Below are positions 40,357 through 51,077 of a DNA stretch of 64,000 nucleotides, piece by piece. Origin of the DNA: Alphaproteobacteria bacterium. Lineage in GTDB: Bacteria > Pseudomonadota > Alphaproteobacteria > CAAHEQ01 > UBA3637. The position numbers and the translations under genes are program-made. Each line of letters begins with the position of its first letter. Positions within the stretch are counted from its first letter, which is position 1. Below the pieces are notes generated by a model. It saw only the letters and a program-made list of their open reading frames with translations, had not been told where the DNA came from and searched no databases. The stretch covers positions 8,264-72,263 of the forward strand of contig JAZLAQ010000017.1 of assembly GCA_045613285.1 (NCBI GenBank), written 5' to 3'.

Positions 40357-41294
40357 GTCAATGCCTTTAATACACTTTCAATACCGGCAGAATCACCAAC
40401 CGATAATAAATTAGCATTCGGTGCCAACCGTTTCATTAAACCTGTCATAACTTTACCATTGGCACATTCGATAAAAGTGTCTACCCCTTGTTCTACCATA
40501 TAACCAGCACTTTCCGTCCAACGAACTGTTCCCGTCATCTGAGCCAACAGATTTTGTTTAATTTCCGTTGTTGATGTTTCCGGTCGTGCTGTCACATTGG
40601 CAATAACCGGAATACTTATTGACTGAATAGATACCCCATTTAAAACCGGTTCTAATTCCAATTCGGCTGGTTTCATATAGGGGCTATGAAAGGCTCCACT
40701 GACTGCCAACGGTAAAACCCGTTTTGCGCCCAAACTTTCTGCTAATTCTTTAACACGATTTAAAGCATTTTTATGACCACTGACAATGGTTTGACCGACA
40801 CAGTTATCGTTGGCAACGACAACCTGTTCTGTTGGTGTAGAAGCCTGTTCAACCAAAGTTTCAATCTGTTCTTTCGTCAGACCCAGTACTGCCGTCATTC
40901 CACCGGTTGTATCGGCCTTGGACATTGCATTACCACGGGCCCGTAACAACATTGCCGTATCTGTTAAAGAAAAGGCGCCTGCTGCACATAAAGCCGTATA
41001 TTCACCCAAAGAATGTCCAGCCATAAAAGTTGCTTTATTGGTCAAAGGCATCCCCAATTCCTCTTCCAAAACTCGAACAACAGCCATCCCGACTGCCATA
41101 ATAGCCGGTTGAGCATTCTGTGTCTGAGTCAATTCGGATATATCCCCCCGAAACATTAATTCAGATAAATTTTGTTTCAAGGCTTCATCTACCTCTTGAA
41201 AAACGGAACGAGCAGTCGAAAAATTTTGGTATAAATCCAATCCCATACCGATACTTTGGGAGCCCTGTCCCGAAAAAAGAAATGCTGTTTTCAT
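40353..41294 (-). CDS. fabD: Malonyl-CoA:ACP transacylase
   Basis: FLFSGQGSQ and GHSLGEY active-site motifs. Confidence 0.93.
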   Translation of the reverse strand: MKTAFLFSGQGSQSIGMGLDLYQNFSTARSVFQEVDEALKQNLSELMFRGDISELTQTQNAQPAIMAVGMAVVRVLEEELGMPLTNKATFMAGHSLGEYTALCAAGAFSLTDTAMLLRARGNAMSKADTTGGMTAVLGLTKEQIETLVEQASTPTEQVVVANDNCVGQTIVSGHKNALNRVKELAESLGAKRVLPLAVSGAFHSPYMKPAELELEPVLNGVSIQSISIPVIANVTARPETSTTEIKQNLLAQMTGTVRWTESAGYMVEQGVDTFIECANGKVMTGLMKRLAPNANLLSVGDSAGIESVLKALT

Positions 41295-41296
41295 AT

Positions 41297-42412
41297 TTAT
41301 TCTCCTGTTTCTTGTTTAAAATTATGATAAAAACCGCCGGTCATTTGTTCCGGTACACCCGTCGTCGTCGGGAATGTAATTGGCAAACCGGCTAAAGAAC
41401 GAACAGCTAAAAAAGCGTAACCGGCTGCCGATAAATTATAATGAGGCATATTTAACTCGCTGATTGTTTTAACAGTATTACCTAATATTTTCTTCAATCT
41501 TAAAACAATCGCTGGATTAAGTGTTCCACCCCCTTTTAAAATCCAAAGAACGGGTTTATCCGGCAAAAAAGAAACTGCATTTAAAATACTTTGAACAATA
41601 AAAGCTGTCAAGGTTGCCGTACCATCTGCCGGGGAACATCCTTCCACATGTTCCAATAAATGATTAAAATCATCTCTATCCAATGTTTTAGGAGGGCTTT
41701 TTAGTAAATAAGGTGTTTTTAACAAGTAATCCAATAAACGCCTGTCAACTTGCCCACGTTCGGCCCAAGTACCATCAAAATCCATTTCAATATTGATATG
41801 TTTTTGGACCCATCTATCCAATAACAAACATCCAACACCAACATCAAAAGCGTACTGCTCTCCCAAAGGGCCGATATAAGTTATGGTGGATACTCCACTT
41901 AAATTGATAACAGCCAAAGGCTTTGGATGATTTCTAAGTACTGCTTCCAAAAATGTTGTTAATAAGGGCCCACCTGTTCCACCTGCCTTTAAATCAGCAA
42001 CTGAAAAGCGATCAATAACCGGTACACCTAGACAACGAGATAAAACAGAAGCATCACCTAAAATAATATCTTGTTTATCCATAACCCGATGATTTAACAT
42101 GTGTCCGGAATACCCGACAATGTCTATATCAGGAATAGTACGTTGATGTTCATCCAATAATTCCTGAGCTACACAAAGATGTTCTGCCGTTATCCGATCA
42201 TGTAATTTCTTCAACATTTGCGTATCCGTAAAATCATCCGGATACCGTAAAGACAAAATCTGTTCCCGTAAATCCGCCGGATAAGGTCTAGTTATTGATA
42301 CCGGTTCAGATAGTATATCCAATCCGTCCGTTTTCAATATACAGGCATTCATATAAACCGCTGATAAATCGGAATATAACCCCAATGCTGTTTTACATTC
42401 TAAAAAAGACAT
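41297..42412 (-). CDS. anmK: Anhydro-N-acetylmuramic acid kinase-like
   Basis: Length and blocks (NLSGVSTITYI, GGGTLNPAIV) match AnmK. The N-terminal ATP-binding motif is divergent. Confidence 0.65.
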   Translation of the reverse strand: MSFLECKTALGLYSDLSAVYMNACILKTDGLDILSEPVSITRPYPADLREQILSLRYPDDFTDTQMLKKLHDRITAEHLCVAQELLDEHQRTIPDIDIVGYSGHMLNHRVMDKQDIILGDASVLSRCLGVPVIDRFSVADLKAGGTGGPLLTTFLEAVLRNHPKPLAVINLSGVSTITYIGPLGEQYAFDVGVGCLLLDRWVQKHINIEMDFDGTWAERGQVDRRLLDYLLKTPYLLKSPPKTLDRDDFNHLLEHVEGCSPADGTATLTAFIVQSILNAVSFLPDKPVLWILKGGGTLNPAIVLRLKKILGNTVKTISELNMPHYNLSAAGYAFLAVRSLAGLPITFPTTTGVPEQMTGGFYHNFKQETGE

Positions 42413-43137
42413 TATTTATCCTTAAACGGATTAGGTAACACATCTTGTGTTTCTTCAATCCGATCATATAATTCCGACATAAAAGCCCGTTTATGTAAAC
42501 CCGCTTCAATCGGCTTTAAGAAACGAACTGTAACCGTTCCGGCATACTTCATTGTTTTATTCCTTGGCCAGCAATATCCCGTATTCAAAGCCACCGGTAC
42601 AACAGGAACCTGACATTGTTCATATAAGAAAGCAACCCCTGGACTATATGGTTTTTTGGCCCCCGGAGTCGTTCTGGTACCTTCTGGAAAAATAACCAGA
42701 TTCATTCCTTCTTTCAATCGTTTTTGGACACCGTTTAACATTTTACGCATTGTTTTGGTGCCACCTTTTCGATCAATCGGAATACAGCCTGTTTTAATAA
42801 AATAAAAACCAGCCAATGGCAAATACATCAACTCCCGTTTTAAAACATAAAACGTATAAGGAACAATCCTGTGAAAAATCATGGTATCCAAAGCCGACTG
42901 ATGTTTAGATGCCACAATATAACCATTATCTTTTGGTAAGTTTTCCAATCCTTCAATATTGATTTTAATACCACAAAACAACCGAACCATAAAAGCAGCC
43001 AATTTCGTCCATAAAATCGGAAAACACAAGGATTTTTTTCTTGGTAACAACAAGGTCGGAGACATAATCACAAACAAGACAAGCGTTGTCAGATAAAAAG
43101 TATATGTAAATAAAACAGAACGAATTTTTTGCATCAT
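42412..43137 (-). CDS. plsC: 1-acyl-sn-glycerol-3-phosphate acyltransferase
   Basis: HQSALD (HX4D) and FPEGTR motifs with an N-terminal TM helix. Confidence 0.88.
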   Translation of the reverse strand: MMQKIRSVLFTYTFYLTTLVLFVIMSPTLLLPRKKSLCFPILWTKLAAFMVRLFCGIKINIEGLENLPKDNGYIVASKHQSALDTMIFHRIVPYTFYVLKRELMYLPLAGFYFIKTGCIPIDRKGGTKTMRKMLNGVQKRLKEGMNLVIFPEGTRTTPGAKKPYSPGVAFLYEQCQVPVVPVALNTGYCWPRNKTMKYAGTVTVRFLKPIEAGLHKRAFMSELYDRIEETQDVLPNPFKDK

Positions 43138-43724
43138 TGATATATCCTTTCAGTATAATTTTGTAATCTTGTTGCAATAAATTTATGATACTCCACAAAC
43201 AACAACCATGCATATCGTGTTCGTATCCAATCAACGGAATCATTAAAAGATTTCGGAAAAACCGGTAACGGAACAACTTGTAAATCAGGACTTTCTTTTA
43301 AAACTTCAAAAATACTACGTGGCATATGGTAAAAACTGGTAACCAACAGTATTTTTCGGATTTGTTTTCCCTGTATCCAATCTGCAATTTCTTTTGCATT
43401 TCCTCTTGTATTTTGAGCCTGATACCCCAGCGTCACATGTTCAGCCAATTCCGACGATAATGAGCCAATTAAATCCGCTTTTTTTACAGATTGATTCACA
43501 CCTGAAATCAATAAATTTTCAGAATATTTATCTGTCAATAGATTTAAAGCCGTCTGGACACGTTCTCCGCCTCCTGTTAAAACAACAATGGCATCTGTTT
43601 TTTCTGCCGGCTGAAACTTAAAACTCAACGCATATAAACAAAAAATTCCAAAACCGATAATCCAAATCGTCAGAAACAAAATTCCAAGATAAAGAAAACT
43701 GGTTGTAATTATATGTTTTATCAT
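43134..43724 (-). CDS. YdcF/SanA-like DUF218 membrane protein
   Basis: N-terminal TM helix plus DAIVVLTGG...LISG...TSFYHMPR blocks. Confidence 0.7.
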   Translation of the reverse strand: MIKHIITTSFLYLGILFLTIWIIGFGIFCLYALSFKFQPAEKTDAIVVLTGGGERVQTALNLLTDKYSENLLISGVNQSVKKADLIGSLSSELAEHVTLGYQAQNTRGNAKEIADWIQGKQIRKILLVTSFYHMPRSIFEVLKESPDLQVVPLPVFPKSFNDSVDWIRTRYAWLLFVEYHKFIATRLQNYTERIYQ

Positions 43725-44614
43725 TATAAAAACCGCTTCAAATAATCAAAAACCGCTTTAACCGTTGTTATAAAGGCTAACAGGGACAAAATAACCGGAA
43801 CAGAAAATAAAATTGCCCATTCCTGCAAACCAATTACAGACTGAAAGCTTGTTTCTAAAGACGCCCCCCTCAACAGGAAAGAAACGCCTGCCATAATCGG
43901 TAAAGCCAATAAAAATCCAAAAATACCACCCGACAGTGTCTGTTTAAAATTCCGAAAGGCATATTGTCGTACAATAAAAGCATCATTTGCCCCCATCATA
44001 TGGGTCAAGGAAATAACATGTTCATGTGCCGATAACCCTGTTTGTGTAGAATAAATAACTGTAAAAGAAGCTGTTATAGCCAACAATATCAAAATGAACC
44101 CTATCAACTTGACGATGCCACCGGCCATTTTTAACAATGGTTCTAAATGCATCCGATGACTATCCAAAATAGCAGAAGGAACCTGAACGGCTAAATCCGT
44201 TTTTAATTGCGCAATATCCGGATAATTTTCCGGATCGATATTAACATCAATCAATTTAGGTACCGGTAATTCGGATAATACAACTTTATCCCCCAACCAT
44301 GGGGTCATCAATTCAATCATCTGCGCATCGGAAACGACAGTAGCCCCCAATACCCCTGGGCTAGAGCGTAAGATTGTCAAAGTCGTTTCTATATCTTTTT
44401 GAATAACATCTCCACGTGTTTCCCCTGTTATTGTAGAGGTTGGTATTTGAACTGTTAATGCCCCAGACACAACACGTTGCCAATTTGTAATCCCTTTATA
44501 TGAAACGATACCACCGGCCAAAAACAGCACAGCGATAAATGTCATCAACATACTCATCCATGGCAGGAATAATCGGGACGAATCCGTCGTAAAAAAGATA
44601 TTATTTTTTTTCAT
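43724..44614 (-). CDS. ftsX: Cell-division ABC transporter permease FtsX
   Basis: Four TM helices with a large periplasmic loop. Translationally coupled to ftsE. Confidence 0.85.
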   Translation of the reverse strand: MKKNNIFFTTDSSRLFLPWMSMLMTFIAVLFLAGGIVSYKGITNWQRVVSGALTVQIPTSTITGETRGDVIQKDIETTLTILRSSPGVLGATVVSDAQMIELMTPWLGDKVVLSELPVPKLIDVNIDPENYPDIAQLKTDLAVQVPSAILDSHRMHLEPLLKMAGGIVKLIGFILILLAITASFTVIYSTQTGLSAHEHVISLTHMMGANDAFIVRQYAFRNFKQTLSGGIFGFLLALPIMAGVSFLLRGASLETSFQSVIGLQEWAILFSVPVILSLLAFITTVKAVFDYLKRFL

Positions 44615-45363
44615 TGAGTACCTCCGCGATTAAATAACTTGTTTGCCATATCACGAACAGAATGAGCGTGTTCAACGGTTAAATGTCCTTTTTCCAAATG
44701 CAATTTTGGGAAACCGAAATGTTTAATCAAACCTTCGTTATGTGTTGCTATAACAACAGTTGTTCCTAACTTATTCAATTCCAAAAATAAGTGCAACAAT
44801 CTTTTAGCCATTGCATCATCTACATTACCGGTCGGTTCATCCGCCAGCAACAGGCTGGGGCGATTAATAACAGCGCGTGCAATAGCAACCCGTTGTTGTT
44901 CCCCCCCGGATAATTCAGCTGGATAAGATCTCATTTGTTTTTCCAATCCTACCCAACTAAGTAATTCAGATACATGACGACGAATTTCATTTTCTTTAAC
45001 CCCTGCGATTCGTAAAGGCAGTGCTACATTATCAAATGCCGTTAAATGATTCAACAGTCTAAAATCCTGAAAAACAACCCCCATTTGTCGGCGAATACGT
45101 GATTTAGCTTTACGTGTCAATTCGTCAACTGCATACCCAAATAACCGCACACGCCCCTTTGACGGTAGGTTATAAAGGTAAAGCAAACTCAATAAAGACG
45201 TTTTTCCTGCCCCACTTTCCCCTGTCATAAAATGAAATGACCCTGGTTCCAGTGTAAATTGAACATCCTTTAATATTTCCGGCCCGTTATCATATCGAAA
45301 AGAAACGCCGTTAAATTCAGCAATTGGTGTTTGCAATTTATTATTTTCACTCACGTTTTTCAT
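44611..45363 (-). CDS. ftsE: Cell-division ATP-binding protein FtsE
   Basis: Walker [10 protein letters not shown], signature LSGGEQQR, Walker [10 protein letters not shown]. Confidence 0.9.
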   Translation of the reverse strand: MKNVSENNKLQTPIAEFNGVSFRYDNGPEILKDVQFTLEPGSFHFMTGESGAGKTSLLSLLYLYNLPSKGRVRLFGYAVDELTRKAKSRIRRQMGVVFQDFRLLNHLTAFDNVALPLRIAGVKENEIRRHVSELLSWVGLEKQMRSYPAELSGGEQQRVAIARAVINRPSLLLADEPTGNVDDAMAKRLLHLFLELNKLGTTVVIATHNEGLIKHFGFPKLHLEKGHLTVEHAHSVRDMANKLFNRGGTQ

Positions 45364-45446
45364 TCCTTAATTAAAAATAGTTGTATCTTTTTTCAAAATC
45401 GTCTATAATTCTTTTACACTATTTTTTTGAAAAGGGAAAGCAAAAA

Positions 45447-46331
45447 ATGTTTATTATTTGTCCAAAATGTAATGCAAAGTACAAAATACCGGCTGAAATC
45501 ACCTTATCTGACGGGCAAAAACTCAAATGTTCGGCCTGTCAATTTATTTTTTCTAAAGGAGAAGAAAAACCACTTATTCTGGAAAAAGCGATTCGCGAAG
45601 AGGAAAAACAATCGGACAATTTACCTAAAATTGAAAAAATAACGGTTCCAAATAACGAAATAGAGCCAATCCCGGTCATAGAATGTGATGCCTTTTCCAA
45701 ACCTTTATATACACAAGAGGATATACCTGAGGTTTCCCAAAATTCCGTTCCGGATGCATTTCAACCTACATCCCCTCAAAAAAAGAAAAATTATTTATGG
45801 CTTATTCCTGTCTATATTCTCTTATTAATCATACTTTGTTATGCCGGATGGATGGGGCGAGATTTATTAAAACCTCAATTTTCAAAAATGTTACCGTCTG
45901 TACCGGTTCAAGATACTCAATCTTTACCCCAAACAGAAAATAAAGTAACTTTAAAAACAAAATCCACATCAATGGATGAAACTATTTCAATCCCTTTATT
46001 CTCGGAACAAACAGATATATTGAAACTTGCAACAGAAAATTTGGAAATTGAAAAAATAAAATACGAAATCAACTCTAATCCTGCTGAAAATCAAGAAGAG
46101 TTACTAATTGAAGGACAAATCGTGAATAGAACTCCAAATATCCAACAAATACCTGAGCTGATTGTTTTAGTATATGATGATATGAACAAAGAATTAATGC
46201 GTAAAAAAATACATTTAACAACTGATAAAATTGAACCAAATACAGAAATTCCTTTCTATACGGGAATTACACCTGCGCCATTAAATGTAAAAGATATTTC
46301 TGTTATTTTTGCAAATAAGGATAAACCATGA
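45447..46331 (+). CDS. MJ0042-type zinc-ribbon membrane protein
   Basis: MFIICPKCNAKYKIP...LKCSACQFIF zinc ribbon followed by one TM helix. Start set at the ATG at 45447. Confidence 0.75.
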   Translation: MFIICPKCNAKYKIPAEITLSDGQKLKCSACQFIFSKGEEKPLILEKAIREEEKQSDNLPKIEKITVPNNEIEPIPVIECDAFSKPLYTQEDIPEVSQNSVPDAFQPTSPQKKKNYLWLIPVYILLLIILCYAGWMGRDLLKPQFSKMLPSVPVQDTQSLPQTENKVTLKTKSTSMDETISIPLFSEQTDILKLATENLEIEKIKYEINSNPAENQEELLIEGQIVNRTPNIQQIPELIVLVYDDMNKELMRKKIHLTTDKIEPNTEIPFYTGITPAPLNVKDISVIFANKDKP

Positions 46332-47047
46332 GATACATTCTATTCACATTATTTGTTTGTTTTGCCTTCCCTTGTTTATCTGCATGTCCCAACGGGGAAA
46401 AAATTGCCCGTTTAAAAGGATTACAACAGGCCATTTCTGTCCTGACAGAATGTGCTTTATACGAAGATGATGATGATACTCAATTATACTTGGGGCAAAT
46501 TTATGAAACCGGACAAAGCGGAATTCCTCAAAATATGAAAAAAGCCCTTTTATTTTATCATTTATCCGCCGAAAACGGCAATGCAAAAGGACAAGTGCAA
46601 TTATCACTGTTGATGACAAAATTAGATTCTCAGGAAAATGGCAGGATGATTATTTTAGACTATTTTCAAAAATTGAATTCTCAACTTAAAAATCGGGCGA
46701 AATCATCGTTTCAAGGTCAAATGTTACATCCTTACGCTTTATTGGCTTTAGCTGCTGAGGATCAAAAAAACAAATGGTTTTACAATACAAAAACAAAAAC
46801 AGATAATCGTGCAAAAACCCTACTAAATGCCTATAAGATAGAAACACCAGAAAAAGAAACCGCATTGAGAAATGCTTCTTTATGGAAACAACGCAAAATG
46901 TTGGATGTTGCCCGTGAAATATTGTCACCGCAAGAATATCAAAAGTTCAACAATACTGTTTATCCGACAATCGGACGCCCTGATGCTTTTGCCCGTTCGC
47001 GTGCTGTTCAGGAATTACAAAACAAATTAGAAGGACTGGAAAAATGA
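46328..47047 (+). CDS. Sel1-like repeat (TPR-family) secreted protein
   Basis: Signal peptide plus LGQIYETGQSGIPQNMKKALLFYHLSAENGNAKGQ, a Sel1-type repeat. Confidence 0.7.
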   Translation: MRYILFTLFVCFAFPCLSACPNGEKIARLKGLQQAISVLTECALYEDDDDTQLYLGQIYETGQSGIPQNMKKALLFYHLSAENGNAKGQVQLSLLMTKLDSQENGRMIILDYFQKLNSQLKNRAKSSFQGQMLHPYALLALAAEDQKNKWFYNTKTKTDNRAKTLLNAYKIETPEKETALRNASLWKQRKMLDVAREILSPQEYQKFNNTVYPTIGRPDAFARSRAVQELQNKLEGLEK

Positions 47048-48360
47048 AGTATGTTTATATAAAAACATTTGGTTGTCAAATGAATATGTATGATTCAAGT
47101 CGTATGTTGGATTCTTTAACTGTTCTGGGGTATAAAGAAACGCATAAACCAGAACAGGCTGACATTCTACTACTGAATACCTGTCATATTCGTGAAAAAG
47201 CATCTGAAAAACTATTTTCTGAAATCGGACGGTTAAAAGAAATCAAAGAAAGACGAAAGCAAGAAGGTCTATCCACTTTGTTGGTTGTAACAGGATGTGT
47301 CGTTCAGGCTGATGGAGATGAACTACTTAAAAGAGCACATGCTGTGGATATTGCACTGGGCCCCCAAAACTATCATCGTTTGCCGGAACTGATCACCAAG
47401 TATAACCGTAAAAAAGGACGTATCGTTATCGCCGATTTTCCGGCAGAAATGAAATTTGATTACCTACCCCCAATACAAAAAACAAACGCCTCTGCTTTCC
47501 TGGCCGTTCAGGAAGGATGTGATCATTTTTGTTCCTACTGCGTTGTTCCATATACTCGTGGTTGCGAATATTCAAGATCTGCCGATGAAATTTTAACAGA
47601 AGCCAAACAACTGGTTGCCTGTGGTGCCAAAGAAATTATGTTATTGGGACAAAATGTCAACGGCTGGCATGGGGATGGTGCTAAGGATTTGGGTGATATT
47701 ATTCGGATGATCGCCGATATTGACGGATTGGAACGAATCCGATACACAACATCGTATCCATCAGAAATGACAGATAATATCATTACAGCTCATCGGGATA
47801 TTTCTAAATTAATGCCGTATATTCACCTACCCATACAATCCGGTAGTGATACCATTTTAAAAGCTATGAACAGACAATATAACCGACGTCAATATTTAGA
47901 TATTATCGATCGCTTTCGCTCAGTTCGTCCGGACATTGCCATTTCATCCGACTTCATTGTCGGTTTCCCAGGGGAAACTAATGAAGACTTTGAACAAACA
48001 ATGGATATTGTACAACAGGTTCAATATGCCAGTTCTTTTTCATTCAAGTACAGTTCCCGTCCCGGAACACCGGCCAGTTTAATGAAAAATCAGATTGATG
48101 AAAAAATTAAAACAGAACGTTTAATGCGATTACAGGAACTTTTATTATCCCAACAGAAACAATTTAATCTAAATACGATTGGAAAAACACTGGATATTTT
48201 ACTAATCGAAAAAGGTAAAGAAAAAGGACAATTATCAGGATACACCCCCTATTTACAAAATGCCCATATTGAAACAAACAATCACAAAATCGGCGATATT
48301 GTATCGGTCAAAATCGTATCGGCGACAGCGACTTCCTTAACCGCTGAAATAAAAGAATAA
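47044..48360 (+). CDS. miaB: tRNA-2-methylthio-N6-dimethylallyladenosine synthase MiaB
   Basis: N-terminal UPF0004 Cys residues, the radical-SAM motif CDHFCSYCVVP, and a TRAM C-terminus. Confidence 0.93.
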   Translation: MKYVYIKTFGCQMNMYDSSRMLDSLTVLGYKETHKPEQADILLLNTCHIREKASEKLFSEIGRLKEIKERRKQEGLSTLLVVTGCVVQADGDELLKRAHAVDIALGPQNYHRLPELITKYNRKKGRIVIADFPAEMKFDYLPPIQKTNASAFLAVQEGCDHFCSYCVVPYTRGCEYSRSADEILTEAKQLVACGAKEIMLLGQNVNGWHGDGAKDLGDIIRMIADIDGLERIRYTTSYPSEMTDNIITAHRDISKLMPYIHLPIQSGSDTILKAMNRQYNRRQYLDIIDRFRSVRPDIAISSDFIVGFPGETNEDFEQTMDIVQQVQYASSFSFKYSSRPGTPASLMKNQIDEKIKTERLMRLQELLLSQQKQFNLNTIGKTLDILLIEKGKEKGQLSGYTPYLQNAHIETNNHKIGDIVSVKIVSATATSLTAEIKE

Positions 48361-48364
48361 GAAC

Positions 48365-48736
48365 ATGTTCACATCCTTTTATGATAATATAACCAACATT
48401 ACCTATCCGACAATCGGTATTTCTGGTTGGATGCCAGATTGGTACACTGGACCAACATATCGAAAACTAGCTCCTAAGTACAAAACTTGCTATCTGCCTT
48501 ATATCAATGGAGAAATTGATTCACAGGAATATACAATACGTTATACTACTGAAGTTTTAGATAAACTAAATCCAAAAGATGTATACCATGATTTATCTGA
48601 ACGAGGTGGACCAAATGCCGTTTTATTATGCTATGAAAAACCGGGACAATTTTGTCATAGACACTTAGTTGCTAAATGGCTCAATCTGTCATTAGGAATT
48701 AAAATAAATGAACTGAAACAGTTTCATAAAAGATAA
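48365..48736 (+). CDS. DUF488-family protein
   Basis: LLCYEKPGQFCHRHLVAKWL matches the conserved DUF488 C-terminal block. Confidence 0.55.
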   Translation: MFTSFYDNITNITYPTIGISGWMPDWYTGPTYRKLAPKYKTCYLPYINGEIDSQEYTIRYTTEVLDKLNPKDVYHDLSERGGPNAVLLCYEKPGQFCHRHLVAKWLNLSLGIKINELKQFHKR

Positions 48737-48827
48737 CCCTCAATTTTTTACTTGCAAGAAACTAAAAAATAGAGTATAATGACCCATGATGAGTTGTGAG
48801 GGATTTACCTGATAGGGTGGATTTGAC

Positions 48828-50720
48828 ATGTCAGATAAAGAAGATATCGTTTCGGATGAAAAGAAACAAGAACAAGACACAACTAATTCCGAACAAACTA
48901 CTGACCAAAAAGACAATACAAAAACGACCGAAGAAGGCGGTGGGATTAAAACAACCGAAATAAAGTTGGACGAAGAAAAATTTGATTTTTTTGAAATTCC
49001 TTCCATCCATATATCGGTATCTGAACAACGTATTAAAGAGCTGGATTATCTGGAAACAGTTTTTCATTCCCCTTACAGAAACGTCCCTGTTTTAAAAGTA
49101 AATCGTAAAGAAGAAGCTCTTCTTTTGTTAGGATTGTATCAATATCATAGAAATAATGACTCTAATTTTTACACTGTTTCTGCAGATAATTTTGAAATCA
49201 CAAACGACAATAATTACGATAAAGATGACAATATAAAAGAAGGTGCAATGGTTGTTGCCCTGAAACGACCGGATATCCCTGTTCACTTTGGTATGAATGA
49301 TTATATAGAAAATAATGTATTAAATTACTTTGTTAACCATTTTTTACAACCTGACATGCCGGCAGTTATTGTTGTTGAACGAAAACATTGGTCTATGTTT
49401 CAAGAAGAACTAAAAATAGCACAATCAAAAATATCCGGATTGGATAATTCTTATGAACCCTATGACCATGCCGGATTGGCTCGTTCTGCCCCTTTGGAAA
49501 TTAGTCCGTTGACAAAAAAAGAACGTGCTTTATATTTCCAAGGATATCTGGATATATATGCAGCCGATAATCAGATCATTCTGACAAGGCCGATTCAAAA
49601 ATATCTTATCAATCGTTCAGAAAATCAATTTAAATATGATAATATATTTCTAAAATTATTTGAAGTACTGGAACACTGCACGGCAGAAGTCACAAAACGG
49701 GGAGAAAACAAAATCACACAAAAAGTTGTTTCACAGGTATTCAAAAAATATTTTCCTGTTCACAACCCGGTTAAAGCACTGGCAGATATGGACATCCGAT
49801 TAAAGAAAAAAATATTTGGACAGGATCAAGCCATAGATACCTCTTTTAAAACAATTTTATCGCACTTAGATAACCATACCAGAACAAAACCAACAGTATT
49901 GGCATTCTTTGGACCATCTGGGGTCGGTAAAACAGCTTTAGCAGAAGAAATTTCCTTAGCAATGACAGGAAAAAAAGTTTCCTGTATCAACATGGCGGAA
50001 TATTCTGATTCTTTTAAAGCATCAAATTTAATTGGTTCTGCTAAAGGCTATGTCAATTCTAATGAAGATGGTTTATTGGCAACCATTATCAAAGAAAATC
50101 CAAACGCCGTTATTTTACTTGATGAATTTGAAAAAGCCGATGAACAGGTTCAAAAACTATTTTTAGGTATCTTTGATAAAGGAAATGTTTTTGACAATCA
50201 TTCTGGTGATATTGATATGACAAAAACAACCATTATTTTAACCTCTAATGCCGGTGTTAAAACTGAAAAAAGTATTGGATTTGATCAAGAAAAACAAAAG
50301 ATGATTGCCGATGGTGAAGCTGTCAACAATGCTTTTCCGCCGGAATTATTGGGACGTATTGATGCTAAAATATTCTTTAATCCCTTAACAGATAAAGCTA
50401 TGGAAAAAATAACTGACAAGTTTATGCAACAATTCAAACCTCGCTTTGATGAACTGCGTGTTCAGGTAACATTATCCCCCAAAGCACGTCAAGAATTGAT
50501 AGAGGATGGACAAGATCCACGTACTGGGGCAAGACCATTAATGGCTTTATTGCGTCAAAAGGTTAAAACACCCATAGAAATTGGCGTATTAAAGAAAAAA
50601 ATAAAACCCGGTTCACGTGTTGTGATCACCTCCATCAAAGATGAAACAATGCGAATATTTCCTATCGCCAGTCAAAAAAAACAACCGATAAAGAAAAAAG
50701 AGCAACATACTCGGGATTAA
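48828..50720 (+). CDS. Single-ring ClpA/B D2-like AAA+ ATPase with a unique ~330-aa N-terminal region
   Basis: FGQDQAI..., GPSGVGKTA Walker A, ILLDEFEKAD Walker B, TSNAG sensor-1 and a C-terminal D2-small domain. The N-terminus is acidic and low-complexity, followed by an unrecognised region. Confidence 0.7.
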   Translation: MSDKEDIVSDEKKQEQDTTNSEQTTDQKDNTKTTEEGGGIKTTEIKLDEEKFDFFEIPSIHISVSEQRIKELDYLETVFHSPYRNVPVLKVNRKEEALLLLGLYQYHRNNDSNFYTVSADNFEITNDNNYDKDDNIKEGAMVVALKRPDIPVHFGMNDYIENNVLNYFVNHFLQPDMPAVIVVERKHWSMFQEELKIAQSKISGLDNSYEPYDHAGLARSAPLEISPLTKKERALYFQGYLDIYAADNQIILTRPIQKYLINRSENQFKYDNIFLKLFEVLEHCTAEVTKRGENKITQKVVSQVFKKYFPVHNPVKALADMDIRLKKKIFGQDQAIDTSFKTILSHLDNHTRTKPTVLAFFGPSGVGKTALAEEISLAMTGKKVSCINMAEYSDSFKASNLIGSAKGYVNSNEDGLLATIIKENPNAVILLDEFEKADEQVQKLFLGIFDKGNVFDNHSGDIDMTKTTIILTSNAGVKTEKSIGFDQEKQKMIADGEAVNNAFPPELLGRIDAKIFFNPLTDKAMEKITDKFMQQFKPRFDELRVQVTLSPKARQELIEDGQDPRTGARPLMALLRQKVKTPIEIGVLKKKIKPGSRVVITSIKDETMRIFPIASQKKQPIKKKEQHTRD

Positions 50721-50806
50721 TTATAAGATAGAAAGTTTTATCTTACCTCGATATGCTTTTTTATTTTGCCGTTTATCATTTTTTTTATTTTTTAGTAATA
50801 AAAAGC

Positions 50807-50835
50807 TTGACTATCGTTTTTTTTTGGTGTAGAAT
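50807..50835 (+). promoter_or_regulatory. Sigma70 promoter for tRNA-Leu(TAA)
   Basis: TTGACT (50807-50812), 17-nt spacer, TAGAAT (50830-50835). Confidence 0.6.
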
Positions 50836-50854
50836 GCTCTCGTTTACCAAATAT

Positions 50855-50943
50855 GCGGATATGGCGGAACTGGTAGACGCAACAGACTTAAAATCTGTTG
50901 GGACTTTGCTCCCGTGCCGGTTCGATTCCGGCTTTCCGCACCA
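50855..50943 (+). tRNA. trnL: tRNA-Leu (anticodon TAA)
   Basis: 89 nt, GCGGATATGGCGGAACTGGTAGACGC..., anticodon loop CTTAAAA, long variable arm, GGTTCGATTCC T-arm, CCA end. Confidence 0.92.
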
Positions 50944-51077
50944 ATTAAAAAAGCTTGAAAAATCAAGCATTTTAAATCAAGGTCAAGGTTTTATCCTTGG
51001 CCTTTTTTGTTTTTGAAAAACACTTGTGTATCAACGGTTTATCCTATTTTTATTCAATTTGAACGAAAGGAAAAAAT

